From the NCBI GenBank assembly GCA_000146045.2, contig BK006939.2, forward strand, positions 192,001 through 256,000: a stretch of 64,000 nucleotides of DNA, read 5' to 3'. A model generated the notes under the pieces. It was not told where the DNA came from, searched no databases, and saw nothing but the letters and a program-made list of their open reading frames with translations. This stretch comes from TPA_inf: Saccharomyces (Eukaryota). Of this stretch, positions 57,753-64,000 are shown piece after piece (within the stretch, counting starts at the first letter, position 1; every line of letters starts with the position of its first letter). The translations under genes and the position numbers were made by a program.

Positions 57753-57929
57753 GGTATACCTTGTATACCTAATATCTTGTATACCTGATATCATAATGTT
57801 CAATAACAGTAAAGTGCTAATAATTATGTATTTTTTTGCCGATTTTTCAATATTTCACCTGTTTATCGGTGTCAAAGTACTACGTTTAGTTTACTGTAGG
57901 GTTAGTTGATTTTTTTACGGCTAAATTTA

Positions 57930-58269
57930 TGTTGTATTACGGGCTCGAGTAATACCGGAGTGTCTTGACAATCCTAATATAAACAGTCTTAGGGAAGTAA
58001 CCAGTTGTCAAAACAGTTTATCAGATTAATTCACGGAATGTTACTTATCTTATATATTATATAAAATATGAATCATATTAAGTGGTGGAAGCGCGGAATC
58101 TCGGATCTAAACTAATTGTTCAGGCATTTATACGTTTGGGTAGTTCAGCTAGGGAAGGCCGGGTTTTATCTCATGTTGTTCGTTTTGTTATAAGGTTGTT
58201 TCATCTGTGTTTTATGAACGTTTAGGATGACGTATTGTCATACTGACGTATCTCATTTTGAGATACAAC
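57930..58269 (-). mobile_element. Solo Ty3 sigma LTR, 340 bp, with target-site duplication ATTTA, ending 16 bp upstream of tRNA-Gln
   Basis: The reverse complement reads TGTTGTATCTCAAAATGAGATACGTCAGTATGACAATACGTCATCCTAAACG...GAGCCCGTAATACAACA. Flanks attta at 57925..57929 and 58270..58274. Confidence 0.9.
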
Positions 58270-58284
58270 AATTTACAGTTGTAC

Positions 58285-58356
58285 TGGTCCTATAGTGTAG
58301 TGGTTATCACTTTCGGTTTTGATCCGGACAACCCCGGTTCGAATCCGGGTAGGACC
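58285..58356 (+). tRNA. tQ(UUG)E1: tRNA-Gln (anticodon UUG)
   Basis: GGTCCTATAGTGTAGTGGTTATCACTTTCGGTTTTGATCCGGACAACCCCGGTTCGAATCCGGGTAGGACCT. Anticodon TTG, B-box GGTTCGAATCC. T-run (TTTTTTATTCATTTTT) downstream. Confidence 0.95.
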
Positions 58357-58717
58357 TTTTTTATTCATTTTTACATAATATATGCTGAATATATTGGTTA
58401 AAGAGGTTTTTTTAGTTCCCAAATGTCCACAGTAAAGTAGATAAAGCAATAGCTATTTCCATCAAATCCAAACAATATTGTATTACCCACTTATTATTAA
58501 ACAATGCATTTATTGGAGAAACACCCGCTTTCCGGGTAATAGCAGTCTATTTATTCTCATTCATTTATAAGCGGCGGAGAAAAATGATTGAGGAATTGAT
58601 ATAATTACACAGTAACTTTACGGAGCCTAAGGTAACAAGTGAAGTTTGGATAGCAGTTTTATTCCCATTTTTATCTGCAGTATAGGGAACTTGGAATCAC
58701 CTTTTGAAAGAAGAGAA

Positions 58718-59002
58718 ATGCCTGGATTTACAGCTCCAACAAGAAGGCAGGTGTTGTCTTTATACAAGGAATTCATCAAGAATGCTAATCAATTCAATAA
58801 TTACAACTTCAGGGAATACTTTTTAAGTAAAACAAGGACTACTTTCAGAAAGAACATGAATCAGCAAGACCCAAAAGTGTTAATGAACCTATTTAAGGAA
58901 GCTAAGAACGACTTAGGTGTCTTGAAAAGACAGTCTGTTATTTCTCAGATGTACACATTTGACAGGCTGGTCGTAGAACCATTGCAAGGAAGAAAACACT
59001 AA
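58718..59002 (+). CDS. ISD11: LYR-family accessory subunit of the mitochondrial Nfs1 cysteine desulfurase, 94 aa
   Basis: The track ORF starts at TTG 58646. The first ATG, 58718, gives 94 aa ([22 protein letters not shown]...) with the L-Y-K/R-F signature. Confidence 0.9.
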
Positions 59003-59667
59003 AACCTGGCCTAACTGGTCATTGCATGTAAGAAAGAACTTTCCAGTAATTTTTTCCTTCTCACGTCAGGAAATTCGTATGGTTATATCTTATAGAGAGG
59101 TGGCCGCCTTTAATTTGGAAAAGATATTATTAGATGATATTCCTAATTTTCGACCGATACTTTGCATGGTTGGACTTCAATTAGATCATGTAATTTACTT
59201 CCTTAATATCAATAGCATTTCTTTTTTGGTAGAAGATTTTTCTTTTCTTTTCTTTTCTTCAACCCACATGGGACTATAAGAGGAGAGTTTATAGCTTGTA
59301 TATAAAACGCTATAACTAAAACATAAGCCCACTCTGAGGTGAGATGTCTTTACGGTATGATAACAAGCTGATGCAATGAGAGATCCTATGAATTGCTTGG
59401 ATTCTTTTACATCAGGCATAAAGTTTCCGAAGTATGCAATAAAATGAGTATTTGCTTATTTATTGTTTGTATCGGGCGATCTTACACCTACTTTATGTGC
59501 GTAATAGTTGCATCTTCTTTTTTCGGACCATTCCATCGGATAAACTTCTTAGGTAAAAGTGAAAAAAAAAAAAAATTCGCTTATATATTAATCAAGTCAT
59601 CACTTGGAAGCCGTTCTCTTCCGTTTACAACACGAAGAGCCAACTGTTTTCTTGTGTCATTCTTTAG

Positions 59668-61662
<1,995 letters not shown>

Positions 61663-61970
61663 ACAATTAACCCGTCTTATTAAGTAAATGGCAGCTTAGA
61701 TATTTATAAAGTTGTATAATAGAAGTAATAAAATTATTTGAAAAGTTATTCGTCAATTTCAGCTTATTCCTCTGGCGTGAATATCATTACCATAATCCAA
61801 ATTCGAGTAAGCGAATAAAACGGGTATATTAAAGAAATATAAGAATGAATATAAGTTTAACTTAAGATCTAATTGCGATTCTTTTTACATATTGTATATT
61901 TACAGACAGAACTATGAAATGCCTTATTTTCTTAATTATTTCATGTGGAGAAGCATTAGTGTAGTACAGT

Positions 61971-62579
<609 letters not shown>

Positions 62580-62655
62580 CTAATAGAAGTGGGTGATTAT
62601 AATGAGTAAGAAGACGTAATGATCATAAAACAAAATACTAATAAGCTATGGTGCA

Positions 62656-64000
62656 ATGCAAGATCCCAATATTTGCCAGCATTGCCAGTTGAAGGATAAT
62701 CCAGGCGCATTAATTTGGGTGAAGTGTGATAGTTGCCCGCAGTGGGTCCACGTGAAATGCGTGCCTTTGAAACGCATTCACTATTCAAATCTTACAAGTT
62801 CTGAAGTTCTGTCTTATCCAAATTCTGCGAAGCAAATCAAGAGCTACCGTTGTCCTAATCATAAGGAAGGAGAATATCTTACCGCATACGCTCTCATCAC
62901 ACAAAAAGGAAAGCGGCAAAGGAATAAAGAAAACCCTGAAGATAGTCATATAAATAAGCGGTATAATTTCAGAAAGAAGAAATTACTTGACTATATCGCT
63001 TTGAATGAGGGTGAATCGAAAAGGGATAAAATGAATCACCCTCATAAGGAGAGTTTCATGAAATCTTTTGAAAAATGGAAAAATGGCTCAAATATTATAA
63101 ACGCCGCTGACTTTGCTGAAAAGTTTGATAATATAGATGTGCCGTACAAGATCATCGATCCACTGAATAGCGGAGTATATGTACCGAATGTGGGCACAGA
63201 CAATGGATGCCTCACAGTTAATTATATCACCGAAATGATAGGCGAGGATTATCATGTTGATGTAATGGACGTTCAATCACAAATGAATGAAAATTGGAAC
63301 TTGGGATCTTGGAATGAATATTTTACAAATACTGAACCAGACAGGAGGGATCGAATAAGGAATGTTATATCATTAGAAGTCTCTAATATTGAGGGATTAG
63401 AACTAGAGAGGCCCACTGCAGTTAGGCAGAATGATCTTGTTGATAAAATTTGGAGTTTCAATGGACATTTAGAAAAAGTCAATGGGGAGAAGGCGGAGGA
63501 GAATGACCCCAAGCCAAAAGTGACCAAATATATTTTGATGTCTGTAAAGGATGCTTATACGGATTTTCATTTGGATTTTGCCGGTACCTCTGTTTATTAT
63601 AACGTTATCTCAGGACAGAAGAAGTTTTTATTATTTCCACCTACCCAATCAAACATAGATAAGTATATTGAGTGGTCTTTAAAAGAAGACCAAAATAGTG
63701 TTTTCCTCGGTGATATTCTTGAGGATGGTATTGCGATGGAATTAGATGCTGGTGATTTGTTTATGATTCCAGCTGGATATATTCATGCAGTTTATACACC
63801 AGTAGACTCTTTGGTATTTGGAGGCAACTTTTTAACCATCCGTGATTTGGAGACACACCTTAAAATTGTGGAAATTGAAAAGTTAACAAAGGTTCCTAGA
63901 AGATTTACCTTCCCGAAGTTTGATCAAGTGATGGGTAAATTATGCGAGTATCTTGCGCTTGATAAAAATAAAATCACTAGTGATGTCAGTGATGGGGATT
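62656..64000 (+). CDS. JHD1: JmjC-domain histone H3K36 demethylase with N-terminal PHD finger; 5' part only (continues beyond the window)
   Basis: ATG 62656, MQDPNICQHCQLKDNPGALIWVKCDSCPQWVHVKCV (PHD), followed by a JmjC region (...YYNVISGQKKFLLFPP...MIPAGYIHAVYTPVDSLVFGGNF). No stop before the window end. Confidence 0.85.
   Translation, partial: MQDPNICQHCQLKDNPGALIWVKCDSCPQWVHVKCVPLKRIHYSNLTSSEVLSYPNSAKQIKSYRCPNHKEGEYLTAYALITQKGKRQRNKENPEDSHINKRYNFRKKKLLDYIALNEGESKRDKMNHPHKESFMKSFEKWKNGSNIINAADFAEKFDNIDVPYKIIDPLNSGVYVPNVGTDNGCLTVNYITEMIGEDYHVDVMDVQSQMNENWNLGSWNEYFTNTEPDRRDRIRNVISLEVSNIEGLELERPTAVRQNDLVDKIWSFNGHLEKVNGEKAEENDPKPKVTKYILMSVKDAYTDFHLDFAGTSVYYNVISGQKKFLLFPPTQSNIDKYIEWSLKEDQNSVFLGDILEDGIAMELDAGDLFMIPAGYIHAVYTPVDSLVFGGNFLTIRDLETHLKIVEIEKLTKVPRRFTFPKFDQVMGKLCEYLALDKNKITSDVSDGD

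Overview
This window is recognisably Saccharomyces cerevisiae chromosome V, right arm (S288C-like), running from the 5' two-thirds of SPC25 (YER018C, minus strand, 3' end cut off at the left window edge) to the 5' part of JHD1 (YER051W, cut off at the right edge). It is a gene-dense, ordinary nuclear region. About 40 protein-coding genes appear in the canonical order: ISC1, SBH2, GPA2, RPN3, SRB4, PRO3, YAT2, GCD11, CHO1, GAL83, MIG3, SMB1, CHZ1, YPT31, FIR1, ZRG8, YER034W, EDC2, ARB1, PHM8, KRE29, HVG1/YER039C-A, GLN3, YEN1, MXR1, SAH1, ERG28, MEI4, ACA1, SPO73, SAP1, CAJ1, ISD11, TPA1, RSM18 and JHD1. There are two Pol III tRNA genes (tRNA-His GUG at 15357..15428, tRNA-Gln UUG at 58285..58356). 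Only one gene is spliced (MEI4; its 21-codon exon 1 is missing from the ORF track). A cluster of retrotransposon LTRs lies upstream of tRNA-Gln: an intact Ty3 sigma at -16 with a 5-bp target-site duplication, plus two inverted Ty1/Ty2-type deltas. The supplied ORF track uses non-ATG (GTG/TTG) starts, so several track ORFs are longer than the real genes; I trimmed them to the first ATG where gene identity supports it. Assignments rest on recognising the encoded proteins and matching their lengths, not on a database search. I see no undescribed system. The most unusual items are the HVG1 GDP-mannose-transporter paralog split by an in-frame TGA, the MEI4 intron with a GUACGU 5' splice site next to a perfect URS1, the tRNA-Gln LTR insertion hotspot, and an in-frame upstream extension of RSM18.
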